Origin: Catajapyx aquilonaris
Taxonomy: Eukaryota
Assembly (NCBI GenBank): GCA_000934665.2
Contig: JYFJ02000723.1
Coordinates: forward strand, 1 to 64,000
Direction of reading: 5' to 3'
Length of the DNA: 64,000 nt
The notes beneath the pieces are model-generated. The model was not told the origin of the DNA, did not search any database, and saw only the letters and a program-made list of their open reading frames with translations. The position numbers and the translations under genes are program-made. Positions 39,214 to 52,100 of the stretch are shown piece by piece. The number at the start of each line of letters is the position of its first letter. Within the stretch, counting starts at the first letter, position 1.

Positions 39214-42200
39214 ATGGTGTGGGAGGGTCGAGGAGGAAGCTCTTCATCATCATCCTCGGAAGCAACTGCCGATAGCAAAAGCCGTCTCTTCCTTCCTCTG
39301 GGCTCGACAACCTCGACATCCTCTGGTTCTTCGGCCTCCTCAACTTCTGTGGGTGGAAATGGTGGTAGTGGAAGCAATGGCAAAGGAGGTGGCGACCTTC
39401 CCGAGAGCAACACGCCGACTTCACCCGTCGGAGAACCCTTGACACACTATTTCCACCATAACCCAGACCATTGTGGTGCCGCCTTCGAAGCCATCAACCG
39501 CATGAGACTCAACTCACAAGTCAGTCAAAGCAACACGCATCAAGTAACAAGAAAGCTTTATTGAGGTGCCCTTTTTTCGCAGTTGTGTGATGTGGAGTTG
39601 GTGGTTGGAGTTCACAACATTCCGGCCCATAAAGTTGTTCTGGCATCAGTCAGCCCTTACTTTCATGCCATGTTCAACGGTACGGACGCGATAATATGCC
39701 TTCAGCTGCTGGTTTAACTATTAATTTGGGTATTTTCTCGATGTAGATGACATGAAGGAGAAGACCCAAACGCAAGTGACCCTACACGACGTGGAAGCAG
39801 CCGCACTTCAACTACTGGTCGACTATGCTTACACAGGCCAAATGATGATTGCCGAAACCAACGTGCAAATGCTCCTACCTGCCTCTAGTCTTCTACAGAT
39901 GGCTCTAGTCAGAGAAGCTTGCTGCAAGTTTCTCATGAGACAACTACACCCATCCAACTGTTTAGGAATCCGTAGTTTCGCAGGTCAGTCATTTTTACAC
40001 TATTTTATGGCATTGTATTTAATCTACATAAATGAATAATTCGTGTGTTTTTTTTAATTGGGGACAGTAATTTTGTAATGACAGTACATGACAAGTGGGG
40101 ATGCGGGCTTAACTCGTCCCAAGTTCGATCGTCAACCATTATACTGCTGTGTTTACCTGCGTGATTATAGCGCGGGGCAAAGGCCTGAAAACACTCGACA
40201 CTGTTTGCAGATTTCGTTTCCAGTTGGCCGCGTTTGCACAGGGTCCCTGGAGAGTGATATTCAAGAGGGGGTCCAAACTGGTTGTTTCTGCCATGAGCAA
40301 AAAGCTCCTACCCCACCCCTCCTGATGCTTGGTACTAATTAAGGGGCTTATGGGGTTAGAGTGGCAAGCGGGGTGGGAATGGAAATAGGGGAGGTAATCA
40401 GGGGAGAGGCGGTCGTTCAAATGAAAATGTGGAGGGGAGCAGAAACCAAGGGTCCTCCTCTCCAGATTGATCAATCATTCATTCTCTTCCCCTAAGGAAT
40501 CCATCAGCTGCTCAGATTCTGTCACCAAACTTCTTGTCCTCTCCCTGAACCAATTAGCGCAGGAAACCTCGCACTTGACCTCGAATCAACGTCAGGAAAT
40601 CAACTCGTTAGACGTTTCCTGACACGGAAATGGCCTATTCTTGTCACGAACAGTGGCAGTATCTCAATCTCTATATTCATGAGAAGAATAGGGCCGGACT
40701 TGGGGAGTCCAAAATGAAATATTTTTCTGGCACCATCGGATGTTCATATGAACTGTGTTTTTTTCCGGAAGCAAGGGAGTGTCGCATAGAGAATTTGGCA
40801 CGTGTGGCATGGTTCAAGACTAGAATTCTAGAGCGATCCCAATTTTGGGAGGAAGCGACTTGGATGAGAAAGAGAAACATTGGCGGCATACTGAGAAGCA
40901 ATCTAGAGTTGAGGGGGAAAGAAGCTCATTCGTCCTATATGACGATTTTTTCCGATTTGGAGTTGGGTGCGTTCAATTCCGGGCGCGTATCATCAATCAG
41001 AGCAATATGGCGTCCGGCACCATTTGGCATCGGGAGCCCTAGATTGGTGCCATTAGCTCCATTAGCTGAGAGAGTAACTATGCTCATCCTTCCTTCTGCC
41101 ACAATGGAGCTGTGGTGGCCATGGCAGAATCAATTAGCCTAAATGACAAATCTCATAATATGCGTATAGCCCGGGTATAGCCAGTTGCATCAACACAAAA
41201 AAGCTACAATATTATGTGCAACTTGTGAATATCATCAGCGATTTTTTTTTGCATTCATATAAACGAGCCATATTTGCGCACGTGGCTTTTCAAACATTCA
41301 TTTTCTTTTCAATGGGAATTTTTTGCTATAAAAAATTTGGGGGACTCGAGGCTGTGCTTCTTCTATCGTGGTTATTGATTCTTAGTTCGCCCAGAACGCC
41401 CGCCGTTTCGGGAAAATTGAAGTAGATAGTAAACTGGGAGAAATTTGGTAGAAAATCTCCGACCCAGCAGTTTAGGGTTGGATCCATATCCTGGTGGTCT
41501 CGACCGTTCCATTTTTATAGTACATTCTGGGCCCCTGGCAAAATTGGGCGTTTCAACTGGATGGTATAAAAGTCAGGTCTGATCTCTATGTTTAACGTGA
41601 TGGTTGGTAAAGTGCATGAAATGTGGTAAGGAATTTACCAGATCGATTATGGCACGTCACAATATGCATATTTACGCTGGGAATAGGCATGGAAAAAATA
41701 ATTTTTTAGGTTTTAACTAATCAATATTATTGTATTTTAATAATGAAGAATATGACTCAAATAATTATTGTGCATATGAGCACTTTAATTTCAGTTAGTA
41801 GAATTTGATGTTAAGTAGCGATTATATTTATCACTAACATGAAAGGCAAATTATTTTAAAGAGTGTAAATTAAATTTGCAGCTAATTAGCATCGAGTTTC
41901 ACCTCCCTTTTTGGATCATTTTGGAAACTGAAATCCTTTTGACAGCTACAGGGCCTATTAATAAAATCAGCCTAAAGGCAGAATCCAGTAGGCCTGAAAC
42001 TTCACTATTGTGTGTGCAGCCTGGTGTAGACGGAAGCAGTCCTTTTACAAGAAGAGACGAAGCGTGTCTAGAATAAAGGAGGGCTTCATCCGCCAATCTA
42101 ACCCTTATCCATCATCTCCCCATCCAGCCTCTTTCCCTGCCACTTTTCGAGATAACCCCAGCTATTCCTTCCCATAAATCGATCCATAAGCCCCACCATG

Positions 42201-45200
42201 TGGTGCTTTTATTGTATATCAGAGCTCATCGGATAACCCTTTTTCCATCTTCCGCATTGCTGCTCCACAGATGCCCACAGTTGCAAGGACCTGCAGAGAA
42301 GGTCGCATCGATTCGCACTCCACAATTTCCACGAGGTCATGAGCACCGATGAGTTTCTCCTGCTGCCCTTCCGAGAGGTCAGTTATTAATAATTACCCAC
42401 CTGTAAATAGATCCGCTAAAAAGTGCCGGGCCATTAGCAAGTTTTAATGATGCTGGGTAGCTTTAATGGTATTGGCAATAATCTGTTCTTGCCCGACAAT
42501 ATAATTACGTAACGGATACTGACGTCGCAATTATATTTCAATTATTTTTTGATTATTAAAAAAGTGTTTTGGGAGAACCACTCAGAAAGTGCCAATCCCC
42601 CGCCCCCGGTTCCGTAGACCCAGGGGCGCGGTCATCAATAGCTGGAGGCCCATGGGTTCACCCTAGGAAGAGCATACCCAATAGGGCCAACCAGCCTGCT
42701 TCTCGCTCAGAGGAAGGCACTATCACTCCTCATCGTGGTTTGCCAGACTCTCTAGTTGGTTCTAGAGTTCCGTTAATCATACTACAGAACTGATCCTGTA
42801 GAGTATGATCTTAAATTTCTGCACACATCGGCCTTACTCCTCATGGCGTCACTGGACGAGCTCGAGCATAGCAAGGATCATTACAATCGCATACGACGAT
42901 TTAAAACGGGGTGATACATGCTAGATGGTAATTACGTTTTGTTGGTGGCATTTGTTTCCTAATGTCACATAAGTTGGTTTTGCAATTACCGTTTTCGGTA
43001 CGGCGTTAAAATCAATTATGTGGCAAAAACCGGGTCAGTGCAAGAAGGGCACGAGCGTGACGATAAGGGCTACAATCGCGTGCAGGGTGTGACGTCACGG
43101 CAGCCCGGTACTCGACGCGCTGTCCTTGAATGATTTCGAAAGTCTTGGCTCAGTACTAACAAGCAGGGTAATTTTTCCTAATATCTGGCGATCATTTCAG
43201 GTGGAAGAATTGATCAGCAACGGCCAGTTGAATGTCCCTAATGAAGAAAAAGTGTTTGCTGCGGTTCTCAACTGGGTCAAGCATGACCCCCAAGAGAGAC
43301 GCCAATTCGTCCCACAGGTATGTGCTTCATACTAACAAGAAGGGACATTTGCATTAATAATATTATGTGACCGTTTAGCTGATGCGGCATGTGCGGTTGC
43401 CTCTGGTGACCCGAGACTTCCTGATGAGCAAAGTGGAGTCCGAGTCCATAGTAAGGGATGACCCTGAGTGCAAAGAGCTTCTTCTGGAGGCGATGAAGTA
43501 CCACCTTCTTCCGGAGCAGAGGACTGTGCTGAGTAGTGAGAGGACATGTGAGCGTCGCCCGGAGGGACTCAAGCCGTATCTCTTTGCCGTTGGTAAAAAA
43601 CCAGTCACTACTGCTCACACAACAACTGCTGTGTCTCCACGCACGCCAACTTCATACGCTAGACAGCTTTTCTTCCTTGAGAGCTCTTTATAACTTTAAG
43701 ATATTGCTTTCGCAACAAGTTTTCTGTATACAGACAGCTGTTTACAATATTATTTATTGTCTGTTAGAGATGCACAGGGTAATTTTATCATATTTGTGTT
43801 TAGGTTAAAAAAGTGCCGACGGATCAGTACAAAGAGTTAATTTAATTCCTCCAGGTACATTTCCATTGCAGTGTTGAAAATACAAAGTCACATACATATT
43901 TCCCATATGCTTTCATAAGTTTAATATCCACACATAATTTACACAGAGTGTCAAAGTGGCACAATTTAAAAGAGCAGTCATATGTTGTCAATTAAGACAA
44001 CTAAAATTACAATAAATTTTATTCATACACTGTGCTTCTACAATTGGTAGAGAAAATGCTACACATTGTTACAAATTCAAGTACATGTTCATTACCAAAA
44101 ATTATAATGCCACAATGACTGCTTACTTGCCAATGATATTATCAAAATTACTCGTACATTTCTACCGATTGACATTCTTCTACTCTTGCCATTAATTAGT
44201 ATGTGTCATGACTGTACGTTAGTTCAGTTTGAGATGTTCTTGCCTTCACTGAACACTCTATAATCCACATCAGTGTAAGAAGGTGGTGCACAGGGCTCAC
44301 ATTTATTGCGGTAAAAAAGCATACTCAGCTCATGAACTGAATAATGCTCTAATTATGCCAATAGGGCACACATTCTCAAAAAATTATAATATTCCAAAAC
44401 AACACATTAAAGAAACACTGATGTAGGCTACATTACCAAACTTAATATGCTATAAAAGGCGTAAAATATAATATCAGTGCATGTTCATAATTATTATGCC
44501 TATCAATATTGTGAACATAAAGAATGACATCTACGAGAGGCATGATCATAAAATGCTGATATGGCTATATAAAAGTATTTAAAATTCTAAGCTACCAGGT
44601 GCATTTTCATCTTTGGACAATACAGGCTTATTTTTATGGGAAACCTAAAAGTCAGCCGAAACTTTTGTAAAAATATGCAGAATTCCCATCTTGTCTTTCA
44701 TTCATTTTGGACAAAAAATTACAACATTTGTCAAGGAAATAATTGTAAATATAATTATCATTGCTATAAAAAGATATGCAATGACCTATATGTGCCAGGT
44801 TGTGCCCATTGAAACAATAAACATTTTTGCTGATTTCTATATCATAAAAATTCTTTATTTCATTTCCCAAATGCAATGGCAGCCTTCCCCTTATATCATA
44901 AGTTACCTGGCCAGTTATTCTTACGGACATACAATATAATCTAACTCTCTTGGCAGTTAATATTATTTTCTTCATTCTGATTGAGAAAGAATTTATTATG
45001 CCAACCAGAAAAGTCAGCCTCAATGCAGGTTAGTGGATGCTTGCACACAAAACTAGCTTATTACGTTGACGCATTGGATGTATGGCATGCTGCATACTCA
45101 GTTCAAGATGATAAACACCATCGGATATATGTGCAATTCCACTGTAACTGATTTGGGTTGACTTTCAGGAAGCAATTGCTTTTATAAGTAACAACTGACA

Positions 45201-46843
45201 CACTCTACTCCTGTGGTTTCAAATTCAATAAGACTTCATCATGCTACACACTAGTTTTAAAAAGACACATCATTTCAATTTCATTGCAATCACACTTCCA
45301 AAAACTTTCTTCTGTCACATCTGAGCATGTACACCGACTGACAGTAAAAGTAGCTAGTAAAGCAGGCTTTATAAAAAAAAAGATGCCAAAAATATTCTAT
45401 GATGGGGGGTGTCCATTGTCGATTATTATCAGGAGGTGGAAGCCTGTTTGCCATCCACAACGAGTGTGAGGTGTACAATCTTCGCACTGATCGCTGGTCA
45501 CCCATCGCCCCAATGCTATATCGACGAAGCAGGAGTGGAGTTGCTGGTCTGGGGCGGCTGCTCTATGTTGTTGGAGGATATGATGGGTCATGCGACCTTG
45601 CTTCTGCTGAGTGTTACAACCCCAGGGTCAACAAGTGGTCAAACATCACTCCTATGGGGACTAAGAGAAGTTGCTTAGGTATATTATTGGACTAGTCAGG
45701 AAACCTCATGCAAACCTCTCATGTTTCAACTTCTTCAAAGGTGTCTGCAGTTTTGAAGGCCTCCTGTATGTGTGCGGAGGGTATGACGGTGCATCATGTC
45801 TCTCAAGTGTTGAGAGGTACGACTCTCTCACTGGTGTTTGGTCATCTTGTCCTGCCATGCTGACTCGACGAAGATACTGCCGTGTAGCAGTCTTGGGTAA
45901 GTTCACATATTACATACCGCATGGATATAGCTCAGGTGTCAACCGAAAAGACATGCCATGAAGCAATAACAGAGCAATATTGTATAAGGATACAGATCTG
46001 CAATTATCGGTCCATTGACCCTTGACTCCATGAGTGGGTTGACCAGGGTTCCAGGAAAGTTTGTAGTTCAGCAATAATAATGTGAAAAACCTCCACCATT
46101 ATTATTTTCACTCACCAGCAATTGCCTATGCGAACACTAACTTGTCTTTCCAGATAATTGCATCTATGCATTAGGAGGATTTGATTCGACCAACTATCAG
46201 TCCTCTGTGGAAAGACTGGATCCACGAGTGGGAAAGTGGCTGGCTCTGCCTTCCATGAGCAGCCGTCGGAGCAGCTGCGGGGTGGCTGCTCTAGATGGAT
46301 GCCTGTATTGCGTAGGAGGAAATGATGGGACCATGTGCATGGCCAGTGCTGAAAGATTTAATCCAAGACGCACTGCCTGGGAACCAATCTCACCCATGCA
46401 TTCCAGAAGGTACGTACGAAAAATGAAACAGGAAAATTATTCCTCTGCTAATGAATGCTACACAGCAATTTTTTTCTAACTTGTTGTTTTTATTATGTAT
46501 GTAATTCCATGGGGAATCTTGTCCACATTATTGCATCATCACAAGTTACTGCATGCTTTATAACTTAATAATGCGACATAGCATACAATAGGTATGAGTA
46601 CAGCCAAAAATAATCTGAAAACCTTTTCTACAAAGGTCCACTCATGAAGTTGCATCAGTGGATGGCTTCCTGTATGCCCTGGGAGGAAATGATGGCTCCT
46701 CATCCCTCAACTCAGTGGAGAGGTACGAAGTCCGTGCCAACAAGTGGACACCAGTGACAGCTATGCTTGCTCGCCGGAGCAGCCTTGGAGCAGCTGTTAT
46801 GGATTGCCTCCCGCTGGAGAAGGGACTGGCAAAGCCCTTCTGA
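39214..46843 (+). CDS. KLHL17: Kelch-like protein 17 (actinfilin); BTB-BACK-Kelch
   Basis: Exons 39214-39519, 39583-39679, 39747-39983, 42271-42377, 43201-43317, 43379-43592, 45433-45678, 45741-45896, 46154-46409, 46636-46843. Motifs [47 protein letters not shown]; the last three are characteristic of KLHL17. Confidence 0.92.
42577..42812 (-). ncRNA. U3: U3 snoRNA
   Basis: Minus strand reads AAGATCATACTCT (A'), CAGGATCAGTTCTGTAG (box A), hinge, ACCAC-GATGA (C'), TGAGCGAGAAG (B), hairpin, TTGATGA (C), hairpin, CTGA-GTGGT (D plus terminal stem). Order and spacing match metazoan U3. Confidence 0.93.
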
Positions 46844-48406
46844 CAGACCCTGCAACTTTCCACCATCCCCACCCAGCCACACTGTCCTCCCCAACAAACC
46901 CTGGCCCAAACCTATCCCGATACTCCCACACCCGTGACTACTGCCACTGCCCCTTCTCCAGATCCAACACCCCAAATACCTCCAACACCACAGCCCTCAA
47001 CCCAGCCGCCAACAAGCAATTCCAGCAATTCACTTGTGGCGCTGGGTCGCCTTCTACGATTTGGGGGGCGAGGTCGATTTGCGAGTAACAGCACATGAGG
47101 GTTTGCTGCTTCAAGTTTTCTCGAGTCACATTTCCAGAGGAAGAGGAGAAAATAGGCTGACGTAATGATTCACCCCACTAGTCACGGCAGCTCTTGGCAT
47201 AACTAGCATCAGGTGCTCTCACCAAGGTGTTGCATTTGCATGATGGTAATGATAATATAGTCCTCTCTTACTCTTGTGGTATATGCCTGCTAATGAAGCT
47301 GCATTATAGTAGCCAAAACGATGAGAATGATTAAGCATGAATGGGTCCAACAAGTTCACTTCCACCCCCAATGCTATAATTGTGGATGTCAAGATTATGA
47401 TGTCTGATTTTGAATTGTCATCGTGGATCAAAGATATAACCAGATTAACAACAAACTTATTGAATCCACTAGTCATGAATAATCTTCATCTTTTTGGCCA
47501 TGACAGTGCAATACCTAACAGTTCAGTTACATCAGCAGCTTTTCTCCTTTTCCTCTCAAAACAAGAGTGGCCCAAAAAAATAATCAACATCTACATTCCA
47601 GCAAATTCCTTGCTGACCGTGAAGAGTGAACTGAGTGACAATCAGGCTGTGTTGCTTCCTGGTTCATTTCATATGCAAATTTTGGTACAGTGTTGTGTGT
47701 TTCTGCCATGAAAGCTTCCAGTGGAGATATAAATGCACACATGTAACGGCCAAGTGCTGCTAGCAGGTAGCTGCATCATTCTTTGTTATGTCAGGGTTGT
47801 GAGGGGATAGGAAGAGCAGCTTGCATCCGCTAGTCTTATGGAAACAGCACTGTTGTTGATCATAATGAATGTTTTTCTGCCAATTAATTTTGGTATGCCT
47901 CCCAGAAAGGTTGAGTGGGCTCAGCTCATCTCTTCTACCCAGAAAAACTTCAGGACAACTCAGTGTGAATAGCTATATATTGCAAGCAAATGTGGTAGAA
48001 ACTGCTGAAATAGTATACTCTCACATCTTCCATCCTATCATATCAGGACATGTGTGACATTATGTGAGAAGAGTTACCAGAAAGCCGACTCTCTGTAGAA
48101 GTCCATACTGTACTTCCGCCCTGTGATCTATGCGGCTAGGAAAAAGGCAAAATGTATTTATACCACTGCCAGTCAGTATTAAACTTGTGTTGTCCACTTA
48201 GGAAAGTGAAGGAAAAAAAAAAGGTACAAGTTCTCAACCACAAAAAAACACCTCAAGGTATTTTTCACTCTGAAAACAAGGCTGTACAGTATCTTTATAC
48301 ATGTGAACCAGTGTCATTCATGCATGAGCCTCTCAAGTACTGTAGATTAATGTCATTCCATGTCCCCCTCCCCCCAATAAATGCTCTCTTGGGGCTTCTC
48401 ATGTGA

Positions 48407-49301
48407 TCAGACGAAGTAGTGAGGCTTCTTCACCTGTATCCCATATTCTGCGAGGGCTGGGGCTAGGTCTTCCATTGTGAGGACATAGCGTTTATCCTTC
48501 CCCTTGGCGCTCTTTGTGTTCTGGGCAGCACCACGCATCTTGCAATGTTGCAGGGCATCATTTGCAATGTCTGAAATAAACTTCTGCGCTGAGAGTGCAA
48601 CCAGTCGAAGAATACGTGGATCTGTCGACTCAAAGCCAGCTGAGCGGAGGTACTGGCTTGTTACTGCATCAGGAATCTGATGAACAAATAGGCCTATAAT
48701 TATTTTAACTCCTTCCAGTCTACATCATAAAAAATTGCCCTAGCATTAATAATAGACTAATGACAAGATGTTGACAATATATTGCTGTATTTTATAAAAG
48801 AAATCAAAATCAAATAATCCCACAAATTATTATTAAAAACCGCGAAATTATAGAATAATGCATTATATTATTCGTTGCACAAAGAGAACTAAATAACGTA
48901 ACAATATTCAAATAATATAAAATGCAGCAAAAAAAAAAAGTCATAAATTTTGCCAGTCAGTACTTTTGTCTTTTGTGGAAGAAAATCTATTTTAAAAAGT
49001 AATGAAAAAATTCCTCGATAGCGCAACCCAAGGATGTGCTCACTGTTGGGGTGTAGTCCTCCAGTTGCATGAGGAAGTCAGAGAGGGGCTGCCCAGCCAT
49101 TTTTCCATCGGGTAATGCTTGGGCCCCGTCCTCCTCCCCAGTGTCCATGTCCTCGGCCATTGCGGCTCCATCTCCAAGCTGGCCAGCAGCTAGGAGAGAA
49201 GAGGTAGACATGTCTGGGGACGATGGCCCAGGAAGAGTCTGCCCCTCAAGAACACCACCATCCAGTCCAGAGGAATTGCTGCCACCCTGAATACTACTCA
49301 T
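48407..49301 (-). CDS. TAF10: TFIID subunit 10
   Basis: Exons 49301-49044 and 48676-48407. Motifs [59 protein letters not shown] splice acceptor lies 2 nt before the ATG. Confidence 0.96.
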
Positions 49302-51329
49302 CTCTGAAACAGAATGACTAGAGGGTAATCCACATGTATAGTACATTCATTTTCAAGAGCTGCCTTTATTGACTATCTTTATTCACAAGTTAGCCTCATG
49401 ATCAACTTGTTGCGGCCTTTGAGATATGGCCACCTACTGTAGTACACACTATGCTAAGATTATGACTAGCAAACATTTAGTCAGCAAACAGTCATAAATG
49501 CTCTCTTTGGCAGGGAAAAGTTAAGCTATGCTATGTACACACAAAAATAAATTGGTGGGGTTATGAGTAATTCTCAAAATAGAGGCTCTATACTATAGAT
49601 AACGAGCTGCCCTGTCTTTGGTAACATTATTATGCATATCTATGCAGGTAAAACAGGTGAGATTCAAGGGATCATATATTGCTAACAATCAACTGGCTTT
49701 CTGACAGGAGGACTTATTATGCTGGTGACAAATATTTAAAATGTGGGATCGAACTGCTACTGGTTGATTTGACAAATATGCAAAAGTTCACATGATAAAT
49801 CTTGCTTCACATGTATATAGAACAAATGCCTTCTCCTTGCAAACAACCCAGTTCCATTCTCTGCCTTTCTGAGATGTTATTCGCCCACTCATGAGATAGT
49901 GCTTTGAACTCTGCAGTTATGTAATCAGGTAAGTTATCCTCATGTCAGGCCGCCAGAGGTTTCATATTTGGTGACACACATTTGGTTAACAGTTTCAAAC
50001 TGGAAGAGAGCCATCACAACCTTATTCCATTAATCTCTCAATACTGCCTTGCTCTCAAGGCTAGCATTTGACCTCCCAATTGCCTGTTACTGGCCATCAC
50101 AATAATTATAGAGAGAAGCGAAATACAGGCACACTGTCGTAACCTCAGTCTTGACCTCATCTATTAGGAAATGATAATTTAATCACACAAGTTTTAGAGT
50201 GACACCCTTACATAAAATAAAATTTCAAAATCCATTATTCCTTAGCTCATTCCAGTACTTCTCTTACACACAGATAAATCTAATCAGGTGTACTAGCAAA
50301 CACACGGTGATCCTCAACACTATTTTTTTGGCCATATTATTATTTTAAAAGATGGCTTTCTGAACTGTGTCACATATCACTTATCACTTCTGCAGCCCCC
50401 ATGGCAGCACATCTTGAAATGCCCAAAGGGGTCATCCATATTATAACACATCACATTTGTTACTCTTAAATCCTTTCCCTCCCCCTTCCCCATGTCATAC
50501 AATATTTGATCACACATGATTACTTATGGGGATAAAACATATCACTAAAAATGGTGTGTAGTAACCACATTTTGTAGCCAATTTACATCTTTCTGTGCGT
50601 CTGTCGCCAGACAGCAAACATTCCTTTCCCTCAACATACTCAGGATTCCATACATTGTAAACATATTTTCAAGAACCAGATACTGTATAAAGTAATCCTA
50701 CAGAGAATGGTGTATTAATCTCTCTGGCAAAAGGTAACTCCCAACCACCACTGTATCTGAATGCTACCCTACTCCATATCACAAAATGACAGGCATTTGA
50801 CAGGACACCTCAAAAATATTCCTAAGAAAAGCACAACAACTCCTTGCCTTTGGAAGCTTCTTATTGCCTCAAGGTATCATAGTGGGCAATCCAAAGTTGC
50901 ATTCAGAAAGAGTAGTTGGTGGGAGGCGCCTTTATTAAGAAGAGTGCAATCTAGTTTTCAAGTTGAATGATAAGAGTGTAAAATATATTATGCAAAAATG
51001 TGCACACAAGAAAAAATGAAAAGTCTGAATGAGATTCGCACTAATTTTTGTGGTTCGAGTGCAACCCCAATTTCCAATAAAAAAAGGAGATCTTGAAAAA
51101 GCACTTTTAGAATGTGTAGTCATCTAGAAAACAAAGTATTTGGCACCACTCTGTATTGGCCTTGTCATTAAAAGGTTGATTAGAAACAATGGGCAATTAA
51201 GAAAATTGACCACACAGACTGAAAACCACACATGCCTAGACAGAAACCAGTGAAACAATTTGTGAAAGCAGCGAGGCACACTGAGGTTCCGACAGGTCAC
51301 ATTTACACAGGTCATGTGACAGGAAAAAA

Positions 51330-52100
51330 CTACTCGATCTGTACTGGAGTAGCAACAGCAGGGACATGCATTGAGAATCTCGGTTTCTCCTTTGCCAGTC
51401 TGGCTCTATCTTCATTTCCTATCACTCTGACTGTCTCTGGCTTTTCTGCCCAATGCAGCAAGATCTCTTGGTCACATGGACAGGTCTCCAGGAATGCTGG
51501 GTCTGCATACGCTGCATGCAAGTACCGCCAGAGGGATCCCAGTTCCATGGGGATCTCGTAACCACGGAGACCACGGGATGCCACGCGGAGGTGCTGCAGC
51601 TTGGGAAGCACCTCGCAGTCAAGGTGTGACAGGGAATCGCCACAAAGGTACTGGCGACCTGGATCCACCGCCAAGAATTTATCAAGTCGCTGCAGTGATG
51701 CTGTCAGCCCTGTTGCATCCTTGGACACCTCCTTAACATATCGGCAGAAGCAGGAGAAGAAGTCCTTGGCAGCCCAAGCAGCAGCAGGATCATCTGGTGG
51801 GTCATCGGTAGGAAATCGCTGGTCCAGAAATGCGACAATGTCATCAGCTGAATCAATTGCCTCCCAGTCGTCGTCACTCCCTTCACGATATGTCAGTGCT
51901 GGCACATGGCGCAAACCCACATTGCGAAAATCTGGTGGCGGCTTTGTCAGGTTCACCCTCGTGAGTTCAAACTGGAGTAACCCAGCATTCCGCTTTTGTG
52001 CCAGGACCATGTGGACCCGCTGGCAGAAAGGGCAGGCGCCGAGCCTTTCATCCGAGCAGCCCGCCTTTGTGTAGAATCGGACCCAACATGTGGACTGCAT
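51330..52100 (-). CDS. Chloride intracellular channel (CLIC)/GST-fold protein, single coding exon, 256 aa
   Basis: KAG...GACPFCQR, KPPPDF, YLCGDSLSHLDCEVLPKLQHLRV, LWRYL..AY..PAF.ETCP.DQEI are CLIC-family hallmarks. An in-frame stop upstream fixes the ATG. Confidence 0.92.
   Translation of the reverse strand: MQSTCWVRFYTKAGCSDERLGACPFCQRVHMVLAQKRNAGLLQFELTRVNLTKPPPDFRNVGLRHVPALTYREGSDDDWEAIDSADDIVAFLDQRFPTDDPPDDPAAAWAAKDFFSCFCRYVKEVSKDATGLTASLQRLDKFLAVDPGRQYLCGDSLSHLDCEVLPKLQHLRVASRGLRGYEIPMELGSLWRYLHAAYADPAFLETCPCDQEILLHWAEKPETVRVIGNEDRARLAKEKPRFSMHVPAVATPVQIE

Noticed and set aside
40630..41142. 170-aa ORF in a KLHL17 intron (also ORFs at 13766-14212, 16303-16818, 21250-21732, 34488-34982)
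   Set aside because: No recognisable domains or splice context; treated as spurious or decayed repeat sequence.
42585..42725. Hammerhead or HDV-like ribozyme
   Set aside because: TTGATGA and the hairpins are fully explained by U3 box C and its 3' domain; no GAAA core or catalytic C.
46841..47700. Selenocysteine recoding of the KLHL17 TGA
   Set aside because: I could not identify a SECIS fold in the 3' UTR, and the TGA follows the complete kelch domain.
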